Below are positions 1 through 9,308 of a DNA stretch of 64,000 bases, one piece after another. The DNA is from Candidatus Amesbacteria bacterium. GTDB taxonomy: Bacteria > Patescibacteriota > Microgenomatia > CAZETR01 > Amesbacteraceae. Position 1 is the first letter of the stretch, and the number at the start of each line of letters is the position of its first letter. The notes below the pieces were generated by a model. That model searched no databases. It was not told the DNA's origin and worked only from the letters and a program-made list of their open reading frames with translations. The stretch is from the NCBI GenBank assembly GCA_027371535.1, contig DAHXMV010000002.1, positions 67,494 to 131,493 on the forward strand, in the 5' to 3' direction. The position numbers and the translations under genes were made by a program.

Positions 1-1097
1 ACAGCCACAACTTCATCGGGATTGACGCTCCTATTTGGTTCCTTGCCAAAATATTCCTTGACCACTTCGACCACTTTGGGCATCCGGGTCATACCACCAA
101 CCATGACCACTTCGTCGATATCTTTGACATCCTTTTTGGCATCTTTCAGGCAGGCCTTGACCGGCGTAATAGTCTTTTGGATCAGATCGTCGACGATAGA
201 TTCCAGCTTGGCCCGGGTGAGTTTGACGTTTAAATGCAGCGGCTGGCCGTCTTTTTGGGTGATGTAGGGCTGGTTGATTTCCACTTCCATGGAAGAGGAA
301 AGTTCAATCTTGGCTTTTTCGGCAGCATCGCGGACTCTCTGCAAAGCCTGAACATCTTTTTTCAGGTCTATGCCATTGTCTTTTTTAAACTCGTCCATGA
401 TCCACTGCATAATCTTCTCGTCAAAATCATCGCCGCCTAAATGAGTATCGCCGTTGGTGGCTTTAACTTCAAAGACGCCGTCACCCAATTCCAAGACGGA
501 GATATCAAAAGTACCGCCGCCCAGGTCATAAACAGCTACAGTGTGGGCATTTTTCTTATCCAGGCCGTAAGCCAAAGCAGAAGCGGTGGGTTCATTGATA
601 ATCCTTTCAACTTTCAGGCCGGCGATTTCCCCGGCCTGCTTGGTAGCCTGGCGCTGGGAATCATCAAAATAAGCCGGCACGGTAATGACGGCCCGATCCA
701 CAGGACCACCGAGATAGGCTTCGGCATGAGCCTTCATAGTCTGGAGAATCTTGGCGGAAATTTCCTGGGGGGTATAAACCTTTCCGGCCACTTCCACACA
801 GGCCATGTTGTCTTTACCGGCAACAATTTTGTAGGGAACCATGCTTTCGGTGCGTTTGACTTCGGGATCGGTATACTTGCGGCCCATCAACCTTTTAATA
901 CTGTAGATGGTGTTTTTGGGGTTTAAGATCATCTGGCGTTTGGCCACATCCCCAACCAGATTTTTAACCGGTTCAACGACCGATGGGGTGACGTTTCTGC
1001 CGGTGTCGGCAGCGGGAATGACTTTGGTACCGCCGCTTTCCATGACGGCGACGCAGGAATTAGTAGTGCCGAGATCGATACCGATGATTTTTGACAT
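1..1097 (-). CDS. dnaK: Chaperone DnaK (Hsp70), N-terminal ~365 aa; 3' part lies beyond window start
   Basis: Minus-strand translation from ATG (complement of 1095-1097) reads [26 protein letters not shown], the canonical Hsp70 N-terminus. Frame stays open to position 1. The + strand ORFs 441-926 and 907-1149 are its antisense shadows. Confidence 0.9.
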   Translation of the reverse strand, partial: MSKIIGIDLGTTNSCVAVMESGGTKVIPAADTGRNVTPSVVEPVKNLVGDVAKRQMILNPKNTIYSIKRLMGRKYTDPEVKRTESMVPYKIVAGKDNMACVEVAGKVYTPQEISAKILQTMKAHAEAYLGGPVDRAVITVPAYFDDSQRQATKQAGEIAGLKVERIINEPTASALAYGLDKKNAHTVAVYDLGGGTFDISVLELGDGVFEVKATNGDTHLGGDDFDEKIMQWIMDEFKKDNGIDLKKDVQALQRVRDAAEKAKIELSSSMEVEINQPYITQKDGQPLHLNVKLTRAKLESIVDDLIQKTITPVKACLKDAKKDVKDIDEVVMVGGMTRMPKVVEVVKEYFGKEPNRSVNPDEVVA

Positions 1098-1133
1098 AAT
1101 AATATATTTTTATATAATTAGCAGTCTTGTTTG

Positions 1134-1610
1134 TCAAGTGCTAGTTTGAACTGCGCTTTTGTAAACTTTAACTTTGGCAGGGCGGAGAACGTAATCCCCG
1201 ATCTTATAGCCTTTGAGAACTAATTCTGAAACAGTGTTTTCGGTTTTACCTGCCGGCATATCCACCGTTTCACCGCATTCATGTTCCTGAGGATTAAAAG
1301 TCATATCAGGCGGCGGTTCGATCAGCTGGAGGCCTTCTTCAACCAAAGCCTGGTGGAATTGCTTGGCGGCCATCTGGACACCAATATCTTTACTATGGAG
1401 AGCGGCTAATTCCATAATATCCAGTGACGGCAGGAGACGGGCAAGGAGATTGGCGTTGGCTAATTTGACAAAATCTTTTTTGTCGCTTTCCACCCTGCGG
1501 AGAAGGTTTTGATAATCGGCTAAAGCCCGTTTCCAATTTTCCTCAAGAATTTTGATTTGGGAATGGAGCTCGTCCAACTCGGCAGAAGTTTTTTTCGGCA
1601 TATTTACCAA
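1134..1610 (-). CDS. grpE: Nucleotide exchange factor GrpE
   Basis: 158 aa; coiled-coil N-terminus then GrpE C-terminal beta domain (…NPQEHECGETVDMPAGKTENTVSELVLKGYKIGDYVLRPAKVKV). Sits between hrcA and dnaK; 7-bp overlap with hrcA stop. Confidence 0.88.
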   Translation of the reverse strand: MVNMPKKTSAELDELHSQIKILEENWKRALADYQNLLRRVESDKKDFVKLANANLLARLLPSLDIMELAALHSKDIGVQMAAKQFHQALVEEGLQLIEPPPDMTFNPQEHECGETVDMPAGKTENTVSELVLKGYKIGDYVLRPAKVKVYKSAVQTST

Positions 1611-2335
1611 TTACCATTTAAACCGGAAATGAGACCTGAAAAATAACGCAGAGTGGGAATTATCCGAGGATAGTCCATGCGACAGGGACCGACGACAGCC
1701 AGTGAACCCTTACGGTCCCGTCCGGCATTAAAGTGGACAAAGGCCATACCCACCGGATCAAAATACGGCCAGCCAAGATCAGTGCCAAAGACGATATGAA
1801 CCGGATCTTCACTGTAGGCTTTTTCAAAAAAGAGCTGGCTCAAACGGTTTTGCTGGTCCAATAGGGACAAGACCGTGCGGGTGACATCGATGTCGAAAAA
1901 TTCCGGCATATCCAGAATATATGAAGCGCCGGCGTAATAAACGTCCCCCGTATCGGTAGCCACGATACTTAGATTTTTGGTCTGCTGGGCCAGGGCAAGG
2001 GAAGCCTGGTGCATGAGACGGTTGAAGTCAAAACGGGAGTCCCAAACTTTTTCTTTGGCAGAGACTTCTTCGGCCACACTAAGGGCTTTTTCCTGCATCA
2101 GGTTGTCGATAAAAAACCTGAGAGCCATGGGGGTGGGCACCCGGCCGGCAGAAGTGTGAGGTTGTTTCAACAAACCCTCTTCACTTAAAGCTGACATTTC
2201 GTTTCTGATGGTGGCAGGAGAAACACCCAAACTATATTTTTTCTCCAGCTGTTCGCTGGCCACCGGTTCAGCGGTAGCGATATATTCTTCGATAATGGCC
2301 TTTAATATCTGCGTCTGGCGGTGAGTCAGATTCAT
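1604..2335 (-). CDS. hrcA: Heat-inducible transcription repressor HrcA
   Basis: Translation MNLTHRQTQILKAIIEEYIATAEPVASEQL… is a winged-helix HrcA N-terminus. Longest ORF starts at 2374; the internal ATG at 2335 is chosen because it abuts the CIRCE palindrome. Classic hrcA-grpE-dnaK order. Confidence 0.85.
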   Translation of the reverse strand: MNLTHRQTQILKAIIEEYIATAEPVASEQLEKKYSLGVSPATIRNEMSALSEEGLLKQPHTSAGRVPTPMALRFFIDNLMQEKALSVAEEVSAKEKVWDSRFDFNRLMHQASLALAQQTKNLSIVATDTGDVYYAGASYILDMPEFFDIDVTRTVLSLLDQQNRLSQLFFEKAYSEDPVHIVFGTDLGWPYFDPVGMAFVHFNAGRDRKGSLAVVGPCRMDYPRIIPTLRYFSGLISGLNGNW

Positions 2336-2337
2336 AA

Positions 2338-2364
2338 TTAGCAATAAATTAACATGAGTGCTAA
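2338..2364. promoter_or_regulatory. Degenerate CIRCE operator (TTAGCAATA-N9-GAGTGCTAA) immediately upstream of hrcA start
   Basis: Sequence ttagcaata aattaacat gagtgctaa has a 9-N9-9 architecture. Right arm matches the CIRCE consensus GAGTGCTAA 9/9; left arm matches TTAGCACTC 6/9. Confidence 0.7.
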
Positions 2365-2374
2365 CGGTTGTCAA
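2346..2374 (-). promoter_or_regulatory. Putative sigma-A promoter of the hrcA-grpE-dnaK operon (-35 TTGACA, 17-nt spacer, -10 TAATTT) overlapping CIRCE
   Basis: On the minus strand, TTGACA is the complement of 2369-2374 and TAATTT the complement of 2346-2351. Spacer is 17 nt. The -10 box lies inside the CIRCE element, typical operator placement. Confidence 0.5.
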
Positions 2375-2402
2375 GAGGCCCGGTGCACGTTACAATCAGG
2401 CA

Positions 2403-3743
2403 ATGGAGGAGGCAAAAAAGAGGGACCAATGGTGGTCTTTTGCGGGGGTAATAATCCTGGCATTAATCCTCCCCGGATTCCTAAAACTTGCTAATTCCAT
2501 AACCAGATATTTTACCGGGGCGGAAGGGAGACTGGCAGCAGTGACGGTAGATATAGGCAGACCACTGGGGCAACTACCTGCCCCGTGGGAGGCCCTGGCC
2601 CAGGGAAGCGACAATCTGAAGGGATTTACAGACGGAATCAATGACCAGTTGACGGCAGTCAAGCCGGAATATATCAGAATCGACCATATATATGACGCGT
2701 TCAACGTAGTAGGGCGGGATAGTAACGGGGGTTTGACTTTTAATTGGGCAGATTTGGATAACACCATTAAAAAAATAACAGCAACCGGAGCAATGCCGTT
2801 TTTGTCCCTGTCATATATGCCGACGGCGATCTCATCGGGAGACAATCTGGCACCGCCAAAAAACTGGAATGAATGGGCCGGTGTAGTTCAAAAAACCGTG
2901 GAACATGTCAGCGGAGATCTGGCTCTGAATAATGTCTACTATGAAGTATGGAATGAACCCGATTTATTCGGAAAATGGACCATGGGGGGCAGTAAGGATT
3001 ATCGGACACTTTACCGATACGCAGTGAGCGGAGCAATAAAAGCCCAGCGGGTCAAACCTTTTAAAATAGGCGGACCGGCAACGACGGGTTTGTATAAAAG
3101 CTGGATCGATAACTTTTTCCCGTTTATTTTAAGTAATCACCTGAGACTGGATTTTTTCTCCTGGCACAGATATGACCTGAATCTGGCCCAATATGAAGAT
3201 GATATAAACAATGTTGATAATTGGCTGGAATCACAACCATATTTTGCCAACGTGGAAAAAATTATTTCGGAAATGGGTCCGAACAGCGAAATGGGGAAAG
3301 AAAATGACACCCAGGTAGGAGCAGCCCATATGGTAGCCACGGCAAGAACTTTAATGTTCAACGTAAAATACGGGTTTAATTTTGCCATATCCGGATATTG
3401 GGGAATGGTAGGAAAACCCAGATTCAAAGCTCTAAATATGCTGGCAAGTTTGGGGAAAAACAGGCTGTCTTTAACCGGCGAAGGATCGTGGGTAAGGGCT
3501 ATCGGGGCAACGGATAACAAAAAATACCAGGTGTTACTGGTTAATTATGATCCAAAAGGATCGCATAGGGAAAATGTGCCGGTTAGTTTTGTGGGGCTGA
3601 CCCAGAAAAATTATAATCTAACCACCAGCATGTTGGACGGAGGAAAGTATTCAGCGGATATGGCTACCACGGCATCTTTCTTACAGACAATAGTCCCCAT
3701 GGAAGCCAACAGTGTGGCCATGGTGGAACTGACACCTAAATAA
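2403..3743 (+). CDS. Membrane-anchored glycoside hydrolase, clan GH-A (GH39-like), divergent from hrcA
   Basis: NVYYEVWNEPDLFGKW carries the clan GH-A catalytic NEP motif. An N-terminal TM helix (WWSFAGVIILALILPGFL) and a later KIGGPATTG motif are present. Longest ORF starts at 2358 inside CIRCE; start at MEEAKK (2403) is preferred but uncertain. Confidence 0.6.
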   Translation: MEEAKKRDQWWSFAGVIILALILPGFLKLANSITRYFTGAEGRLAAVTVDIGRPLGQLPAPWEALAQGSDNLKGFTDGINDQLTAVKPEYIRIDHIYDAFNVVGRDSNGGLTFNWADLDNTIKKITATGAMPFLSLSYMPTAISSGDNLAPPKNWNEWAGVVQKTVEHVSGDLALNNVYYEVWNEPDLFGKWTMGGSKDYRTLYRYAVSGAIKAQRVKPFKIGGPATTGLYKSWIDNFFPFILSNHLRLDFFSWHRYDLNLAQYEDDINNVDNWLESQPYFANVEKIISEMGPNSEMGKENDTQVGAAHMVATARTLMFNVKYGFNFAISGYWGMVGKPRFKALNMLASLGKNRLSLTGEGSWVRAIGATDNKKYQVLLVNYDPKGSHRENVPVSFVGLTQKNYNLTTSMLDGGKYSADMATTASFLQTIVPMEANSVAMVELTPK

Positions 3744-5528
3744 TTAACTAACCCTGAGGATTGACAGGAAGGCTTCCTGGGGGAGATCGACTTTACCGAT
3801 GCGTTTCATTCTGGCTTTGCCTTTTTTCTGTTTCTTTAATAATTTATCTTTTCTGGTCTGGTCGCCGCCCGAGAGTTTGGCGATAACATCCTTTCTAAAT
3901 CCCTTCAGGTCAGCCCGGGCCAGGACGTGGGCTCCGATGGATGCCTGGATGGGAATCTCAAACTGCTGCCGGGGGATGACGGATTTCAACCTGTCCACCA
4001 AATCACGGGCAATGTAGGGACTGCGGACCTTCGGAACAATCTGGGACAGGGATTCAATGATTTCCCCGGAGACCAGGATATCCAGTTTTACCAGATCTGA
4101 AGCCGCAAAACCGGCAAGTTCATAATCCATGGTGGCGTAACCCTGGGTAAGACTTTTTAACTGATCATAAAACTGGTGAATCAATTCAACCAAGGGCATG
4201 GTGTAGGTTAAATGGACCAAACGGCCAAGATACTTCATGTCCAAAAGGGAAGCCCGATGATCCTGGCAAACCTGGATGGTGGGACCAACGAAGTCAGCGG
4301 GGACAAAAATGGATAAATTAATGAAGGGTTCGCGAATTTCCAAGATGACTGAGGGATCTGGTAAATCCATGGCTTTGGAGATACGGACAATCGCGCCATT
4401 TTTGGTGAGTATTTCATATTCAACTGAGGGGGCAACAGCGATGAGACTGATGCCAAACTCCCTTTCAATTCTTTCCTGTACCACATCGGCATGCAACAGC
4501 CCCAAAAGACCAACCCGGAAACCATTACCCAGAGCGGGTGAAAATTCCGGATAAAACTGGAGAGCACTATCGGTCAAACGAAGTTTACCCAGAGCGTCTC
4601 TCAAGGCGTTGATCTCTGATCCGGCAATAGGATAAAAGCTGACGAAAACCACCGGTTTTATCGGCTGGTAACCGGGCAAAGGGATAACGGCGGAATCACT
4701 TTGATTAGTTAAAGTATCCCCGACCGTAATCTGAGAGATATCCCGGATACCGGTAACAACGAAGCCAACTTCACCAGCCGAGAGGCTGGGGTAATTCTTC
4801 CGGTCCGGAACAAAGACACCCACTTCGACGGCTGAAGTCCCGGCACCGGTAGCTAAAAAGTGCAGTTTATCCCCCACCATAATCCTGCCATCTACAACCC
4901 TGATCCAGGCTAAAACCCCCAGATGAGGATCAAAACTGGAATTAAAAATTAAAGCCCTGGAAGGACCATTACTTATTCCCGACGGCGGGGGAATCTGCCT
5001 AACGATCTCCCCTAAAAGCGCATCCACCCCGGTTCCGGTTTTGGCTGAAATTTTTAGAATTTTCGCCCGGTCAAAACCAAGGATTTCGGATATCTGATTC
5101 AGAGTACTTTCGACATCTGCCGTAGAAACGTCAATTTTATTGACCACCGGTATAATTTTCAGATGCAGTTTTCTGGCGGCATTACAGTGGGCCAGAGTCT
5201 GGGCCTGAACACCCTGGGTAGCATCTATTAAAAGAACTGCGCCTTCACAGGCAGCCAGAGAGCGGTTGACTTCGTAGGAAAAATCCACATGACCGGGAGT
5301 GTCTATGAGATTCAAAATATAACTTTGATTATTTAAAGTATAGGTCATTCTGACAGGGGCCAGTTTAATTGTAATCCCCCGTTCCCTCTCGATAGGATTG
5401 CTATCCAAAAGCTGGTTACGCATCTCCCTGGCCGGAACGGTGCCGGTAATTTCCAAAAGGCGATCTGCCAGGGTGGATTTGCCATGATCTACATGGGCAA
5501 CAATAGCGAAATTCCGGATATTTTGCAT
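3744..5528 (-). CDS. lepA: Elongation factor 4 (LepA) translational GTPase
   Basis: 594 aa; MQNIRNFAIVAHVDHGKSTLADRLLE… G-domain (AHVDHGKST, DTPGHVDF, NKID). LepA-specific C-terminus. Confidence 0.93.
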   Translation of the reverse strand: MQNIRNFAIVAHVDHGKSTLADRLLEITGTVPAREMRNQLLDSNPIERERGITIKLAPVRMTYTLNNQSYILNLIDTPGHVDFSYEVNRSLAACEGAVLLIDATQGVQAQTLAHCNAARKLHLKIIPVVNKIDVSTADVESTLNQISEILGFDRAKILKISAKTGTGVDALLGEIVRQIPPPSGISNGPSRALIFNSSFDPHLGVLAWIRVVDGRIMVGDKLHFLATGAGTSAVEVGVFVPDRKNYPSLSAGEVGFVVTGIRDISQITVGDTLTNQSDSAVIPLPGYQPIKPVVFVSFYPIAGSEINALRDALGKLRLTDSALQFYPEFSPALGNGFRVGLLGLLHADVVQERIEREFGISLIAVAPSVEYEILTKNGAIVRISKAMDLPDPSVILEIREPFINLSIFVPADFVGPTIQVCQDHRASLLDMKYLGRLVHLTYTMPLVELIHQFYDQLKSLTQGYATMDYELAGFAASDLVKLDILVSGEIIESLSQIVPKVRSPYIARDLVDRLKSVIPRQQFEIPIQASIGAHVLARADLKGFRKDVIAKLSGGDQTRKDKLLKKQKKGKARMKRIGKVDLPQEAFLSILRVS

Positions 5529-5627
5529 AGCCCAATTTTAACAGAAAGCCGGTCCAGATTAAAAACCTATAATAAAACTGGCCAAAATAAATATTACCTC
5601 CAAATAAGAAACCTGTAGAATTATGCC

Positions 5628-5822
5628 ATGGACGAGCCGGTAATATTTGTGCATACCGATGTATTTGATGCCATGGGACACGAGACCAGGGTAATCGAAA
5701 CTTCCAGAAAACTGACAAGTTGCATTTCCGCTGAAGAATGTGAAGCAAATGTGAGGGTGCTTTTATATCCGGAAATACCCAAAACCCTGATAGAAGAGCT
5801 GATAAAAATCAAACCCCGATAA
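5628..5822 (+). CDS. Hypothetical small ORF (64 aa) in the 457-bp murJ-lepA spacer, opposite strand to both neighbours
   Basis: ATG ORF only; no recognisable motif. Acidic C-terminus (EIPKTLIEELIKIKPR). May be non-coding. Confidence 0.2.
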   Translation: MDEPVIFVHTDVFDAMGHETRVIETSRKLTSCISAEECEANVRVLLYPEIPKTLIEELIKIKPR

Positions 5823-5984
5823 CTTTTTCGGACTCCACGGAATCGATTTTAAATAAATCCACAAAGCTATTTGTTAAAAACATCCCGGGCGGCGTTTTAC
5901 GGGAAAGCTGATACTGGTATTGCTGATGATGATGTTAATTTTGGCCATGGCCCGACTTTCAGCCATGAACTTGAAGCTGCCAAT

Positions 5985-7655
5985 TTAGTTTTGTTCGGGA
6001 GCCGGAACAATAAGAGGCTCCTTTGACTGAGGCAGGAGGATGTGACGCCATTTCTCCAAACGCTTTAATAAGACCACGAAAGAACCCAGTTCCTCTACAC
6101 GGAAAAAATATGAGAGTAGAAGATAAACAGAAAAACCGATTAATGAAGTAGTCAGTGATAATCCGATAAGCGGAATGGTACGAGTGGTATCAAACACAAA
6201 CTGATCCAACAAACGCATAGGCAACCAGAGACTTAAGCCGGTGATGGCGCTGGCAATGACCATTTTGATAAAAGAACTGGCGGTCCGGATCAAAAATACG
6301 GAATCGGCATGTAAACGGGGATATAGGAGCATAAACAAAATACTGGTTTCCAGAATAGAAGTAATGCTTATGGCAGAGGCCAAACCATAAACACCGAAAT
6401 TAAAAACTTTGACCAAGATTATGCCCAAAGTCACATCAAACAGGGCGGCAAACAAACCTACCGTCAGAGGAGTTTTAGTATCGTGGAGGGCATAGAATCC
6501 ACGGATAATCAGCTGCACCATGGCAGAAAATGTGGCCGAAAATGCCAATATGGCCAAAGTTTTCCCGGTAATAATGGTCGCCAACCAGGGGAATGACTTG
6601 GCACCAAAAACCAATCTGACAATAGGGATGCGCAGAACGATGAATAAAGTGCTTACCGGCAGGGACAAAAAGGCAATCTGGGCAAGGGAGCTGATAATTG
6701 TCTGGCGGAATCGCTTTTTATCTGTTTCCGAGGATTCCCTGGACAGGGCAGGGAGAGCTGCCTGGCCGATGGTAACGCCAAAAAGCGAAGCAGGCAAGGC
6801 GTAGAGGAGCCTGGCAACATTAAAAATAGTCAGGGATCCGGATACCAGAAGCGAACATAGAATCACAGCTACAAACTGCTCTATCTGATCAATCCCCAAA
6901 GACAAAGCCCGGGGGGACATTAACCGGATAATTTCCTTCACTTCAGGAAAGCGCCAGTTTAAAGACGGGACAAATCTGAACCCCAGACTGAAAGCCAAAG
7001 GTAACTGGATACCCATATGCAAAGCCGCGCCAATCACCACACCGATTGCCGGTCCATAAATACCGAGTGCCGGGGAGAGAAAAATGGTACCGGCAATAAT
7101 ACCCAGATTATAAACAACCGGGGCCAGAGCAGGAATCAGAAATCTTTGATGGGACTGAATGATGCCGGTGAGGAAACCGGAAATACAAAAAAATATCTGG
7201 GCAATCAGCATTACTCTTAAAAGTGAGGCCATAGTGGAAATCTGAACCGGATTAAAACCCGGAGCGATGAGCTTAGACAGGGGGCCGGCGATAATATAAA
7301 TGACCAAGGAGATAATAATAAAGATCAATAAAACCAGATTTAACGAAGTACCGGCAACATACCAGGCTTTATCATCCTTTTGGCCTAATATTCTGGTAAA
7401 TACGGGAATAAAAGCCGCTGATAAGGAGCCTATAACTAATAACTGGAAGAGGGTATCGGGGATAACAAAAGCAGCATAGTAGACATCCAAGAGTGAAGAC
7501 TTAGATCCAAAAAAAACATCGATAAGAATCCTGGTTTTTAACAAACCTATAAGATGTGAGACGGCATAAGTAACCATAATGATAAAAGCAGCCGATAGAA
7601 TATTGGTCTGACGCCTGGTAAAGAAGCTTGTACCGCTTTTGATAAGCTCCCGCAT
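5985..7655 (-). CDS. murJ: Lipid II flippase MurJ (MviN family)
   Basis: Polytopic; MRELIKSGTSFFTRRQTNILSAAFIIMV…SSLLDVYYAAFVIPDTLFQLL is the MurJ N-terminal signature. Longest ORF starts at 7859; internal ATG 7655 gives a canonical N-terminus. Confidence 0.8.
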   Translation of the reverse strand: MRELIKSGTSFFTRRQTNILSAAFIIMVTYAVSHLIGLLKTRILIDVFFGSKSSLLDVYYAAFVIPDTLFQLLVIGSLSAAFIPVFTRILGQKDDKAWYVAGTSLNLVLLIFIIISLVIYIIAGPLSKLIAPGFNPVQISTMASLLRVMLIAQIFFCISGFLTGIIQSHQRFLIPALAPVVYNLGIIAGTIFLSPALGIYGPAIGVVIGAALHMGIQLPLAFSLGFRFVPSLNWRFPEVKEIIRLMSPRALSLGIDQIEQFVAVILCSLLVSGSLTIFNVARLLYALPASLFGVTIGQAALPALSRESSETDKKRFRQTIISSLAQIAFLSLPVSTLFIVLRIPIVRLVFGAKSFPWLATIITGKTLAILAFSATFSAMVQLIIRGFYALHDTKTPLTVGLFAALFDVTLGIILVKVFNFGVYGLASAISITSILETSILFMLLYPRLHADSVFLIRTASSFIKMVIASAITGLSLWLPMRLLDQFVFDTTRTIPLIGLSLTTSLIGFSVYLLLSYFFRVEELGSFVVLLKRLEKWRHILLPQSKEPLIVPAPEQN

Positions 7656-7667
7656 GTGTGTTATTAT

Positions 7668-7916
7668 ATGGCGGTCATGCCGATAACTGTAGGTGCAATC
7701 AGAAAACAAAGAGCAGACAAACGCAAGGTCGTGATAAACCAAAGAGTCCGAAACGCTTTGAAAGAGGCGGTGGCGGCGATGAGAAAAAAGCCGACTGAAA
7801 AAAATCTCAGAGAGGTATATATCAGAGCCGATCGGGCGGCTAAAGGTAGGGTGATCCACAAAAATAAAGCTGCCAGACTGAAATCGAGACTGGCTCTACT
7901 GGTTAAGAAAAAGTGA
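7668..7916 (+). CDS. rpsT: 30S ribosomal protein S20
   Basis: …AIRKQRADKRKVVINQRVRNALKEAV…IHKNKAARLKSRLALLVKK is basic alpha-helical S20. Start is ambiguous among 7656, 7668 and 7677. Divergent from murJ with almost no spacer. Confidence 0.8.
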   Translation: MAVMPITVGAIRKQRADKRKVVINQRVRNALKEAVAAMRKKPTEKNLREVYIRADRAAKGRVIHKNKAARLKSRLALLVKKK

Positions 7917-7934
7917 AATTGATATACTGATGGC

Positions 7935-8468
7935 ATGCCTGCCCAGACCAGCAAGGTTAACCTGCTTCCGCCTTCGGATTTTGAGTTGTCATTTTGGGGC
8001 AGATTTTTAAAATGGGCCGTTACTACAGGGAGGTATATTATTATTTTAACCGAACTGGTAGTAATTTTGGCTTTTTTATCCCGATTTAAGCTGGATGAGG
8101 ATCTGAAGAACTTAAACGACCAGATAAACACCCAGGTGGGTTTTCTGGATAATCAACAGGGGAGTGAAAATGATTTTCTGGCCCTCCAAAAAAAGCTGAA
8201 TCTGGCAAGCCAAATGTTATCAGACCGCCAAAATGCCGGAGAATCTCTGGATTATATTGAAAACAACATGCCCCCGGAAATCATTCCCTTATCCAGGGGG
8301 GTGGGCAAAAACCATGTCAGTCTGAACGCGGCAACTTTAGACGAAAAAGCGATGGGGAAACTGCTGTTACTGGTCTCCCAAGACCCGCAATGGAAAAGCG
8401 TTGATCTCACACAGATAGTCGGTGACCAGACTTTCGGAATCAGATTTACATTAGACGCGAGAAAATAA
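7935..8468 (+). CDS. pilN: Type IV pilus assembly protein PilN-like
   Basis: 177 aa; N-terminal KVNLLP motif (PilN INLLP signature) followed by one TM helix (IIILTELVVILAFL) and a periplasmic domain. Confidence 0.7.
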   Translation: MPAQTSKVNLLPPSDFELSFWGRFLKWAVTTGRYIIILTELVVILAFLSRFKLDEDLKNLNDQINTQVGFLDNQQGSENDFLALQKKLNLASQMLSDRQNAGESLDYIENNMPPEIIPLSRGVGKNHVSLNAATLDEKAMGKLLLLVSQDPQWKSVDLTQIVGDQTFGIRFTLDARK

Positions 8469-8469
8469 T

Positions 8470-9114
8470 ATGGCATTAGATTACAAAAGCAGCCTTTCAC
8501 GATACCGGCGATACCTGCAACTGGTCCAAACGCAGCCACTGTGGTCAACAAGCATGTGGGTGATAATGTCACTGGTATTATTAATTGCCCTACTGGTTTT
8601 AGCTCTGAAACCGACGCTGGTGACCATCTCCAGTTTATTAGGTCAAATTGATCAGCAAAAGGCGGTATCGGCCAAACTTGATAAAAAAATCACCCTAGTC
8701 CAGCAAGCCATAGTGGAAATGGATTCGGTGACAGATAAGATACCACTGTTGGACAGCGCTTTGCCCAAAGATCCTAACTGGGAAGAATTATCCGACTCGC
8801 TGTATGAAATTGCCACAAACAGCGGCCTGGTAACCACAGACATCATGATAGATAAAATTCCAATATCGGCTACCGAACCGATTTCGGCAGCCGGCACGGT
8901 TTACAAACCCCTGGTACCAAGCGGAGTAATACCCGTTAGATTTACACTGGTCATGTCCGGCGATTATAGTAAAATGAGACAGGTGGTTGCAGATCTGGAA
9001 AGTATGAGAAGAGTGTTGATGTTGTCAGAGGTGGACATAGTCGCAAATAAAAACGGGGTCTTAACGATGACCATTACCGGGGAGGCCGGTTATATGCCAG
9101 ATAAAACTTTATGA
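8470..9114 (+). CDS. pilO: Type IV pilus assembly protein PilO-like
   Basis: 214 aa; single N-terminal TM (MWVIMSLVLLIALLVLAL), coiled-coil, C-terminal PilO-like domain. 1-bp gap after pilN. Confidence 0.6.
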   Translation: MALDYKSSLSRYRRYLQLVQTQPLWSTSMWVIMSLVLLIALLVLALKPTLVTISSLLGQIDQQKAVSAKLDKKITLVQQAIVEMDSVTDKIPLLDSALPKDPNWEELSDSLYEIATNSGLVTTDIMIDKIPISATEPISAAGTVYKPLVPSGVIPVRFTLVMSGDYSKMRQVVADLESMRRVLMLSEVDIVANKNGVLTMTITGEAGYMPDKTL

Positions 9115-9308
9115 AAAAGAGGGGAATTGACCGGGATATTGTGGTACTATTAATATCAACGTTGATTACTGTCGCGTCATGGGTGGGTTTTGAGGTTTAC
9201 AGGGCCTATGTAAAGGTGGTTGTTTCTGCCCAGACAACCAAACACCTGCAAATGATCGACCCAACACTGAATAAAGATGTCTTTACCAAGTTGGAAAACT
9301 TAAAATGA
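9111..9308 (+). CDS. Small single-TM membrane protein (65 aa), translationally coupled in the pilN-pilO operon
   Basis: Overlaps the pilO stop by 4 bp and the next gene start by 4 bp. TM helix IVVLLISTLITVASWVGF. Confidence 0.45.
   Translation: MKKRGIDRDIVVLLISTLITVASWVGFEVYRAYVKVVVSAQTTKHLQMIDPTLNKDVFTKLENLK

Noticed and set aside
22-1149. Four + strand ORFs (22-267, 234-440, 441-926, 907-1149) at the window start
   Set aside because: They are antisense shadow frames of the minus-strand dnaK gene, whose translation is unmistakable. Their products are low-complexity.
3799-4567. ORFs 3799-4017 (+), 4235-4567 (-) and 4276-4554 (+) inside lepA
   Set aside because: They are nested in or antisense to a confidently assigned conserved gene and have no motifs.
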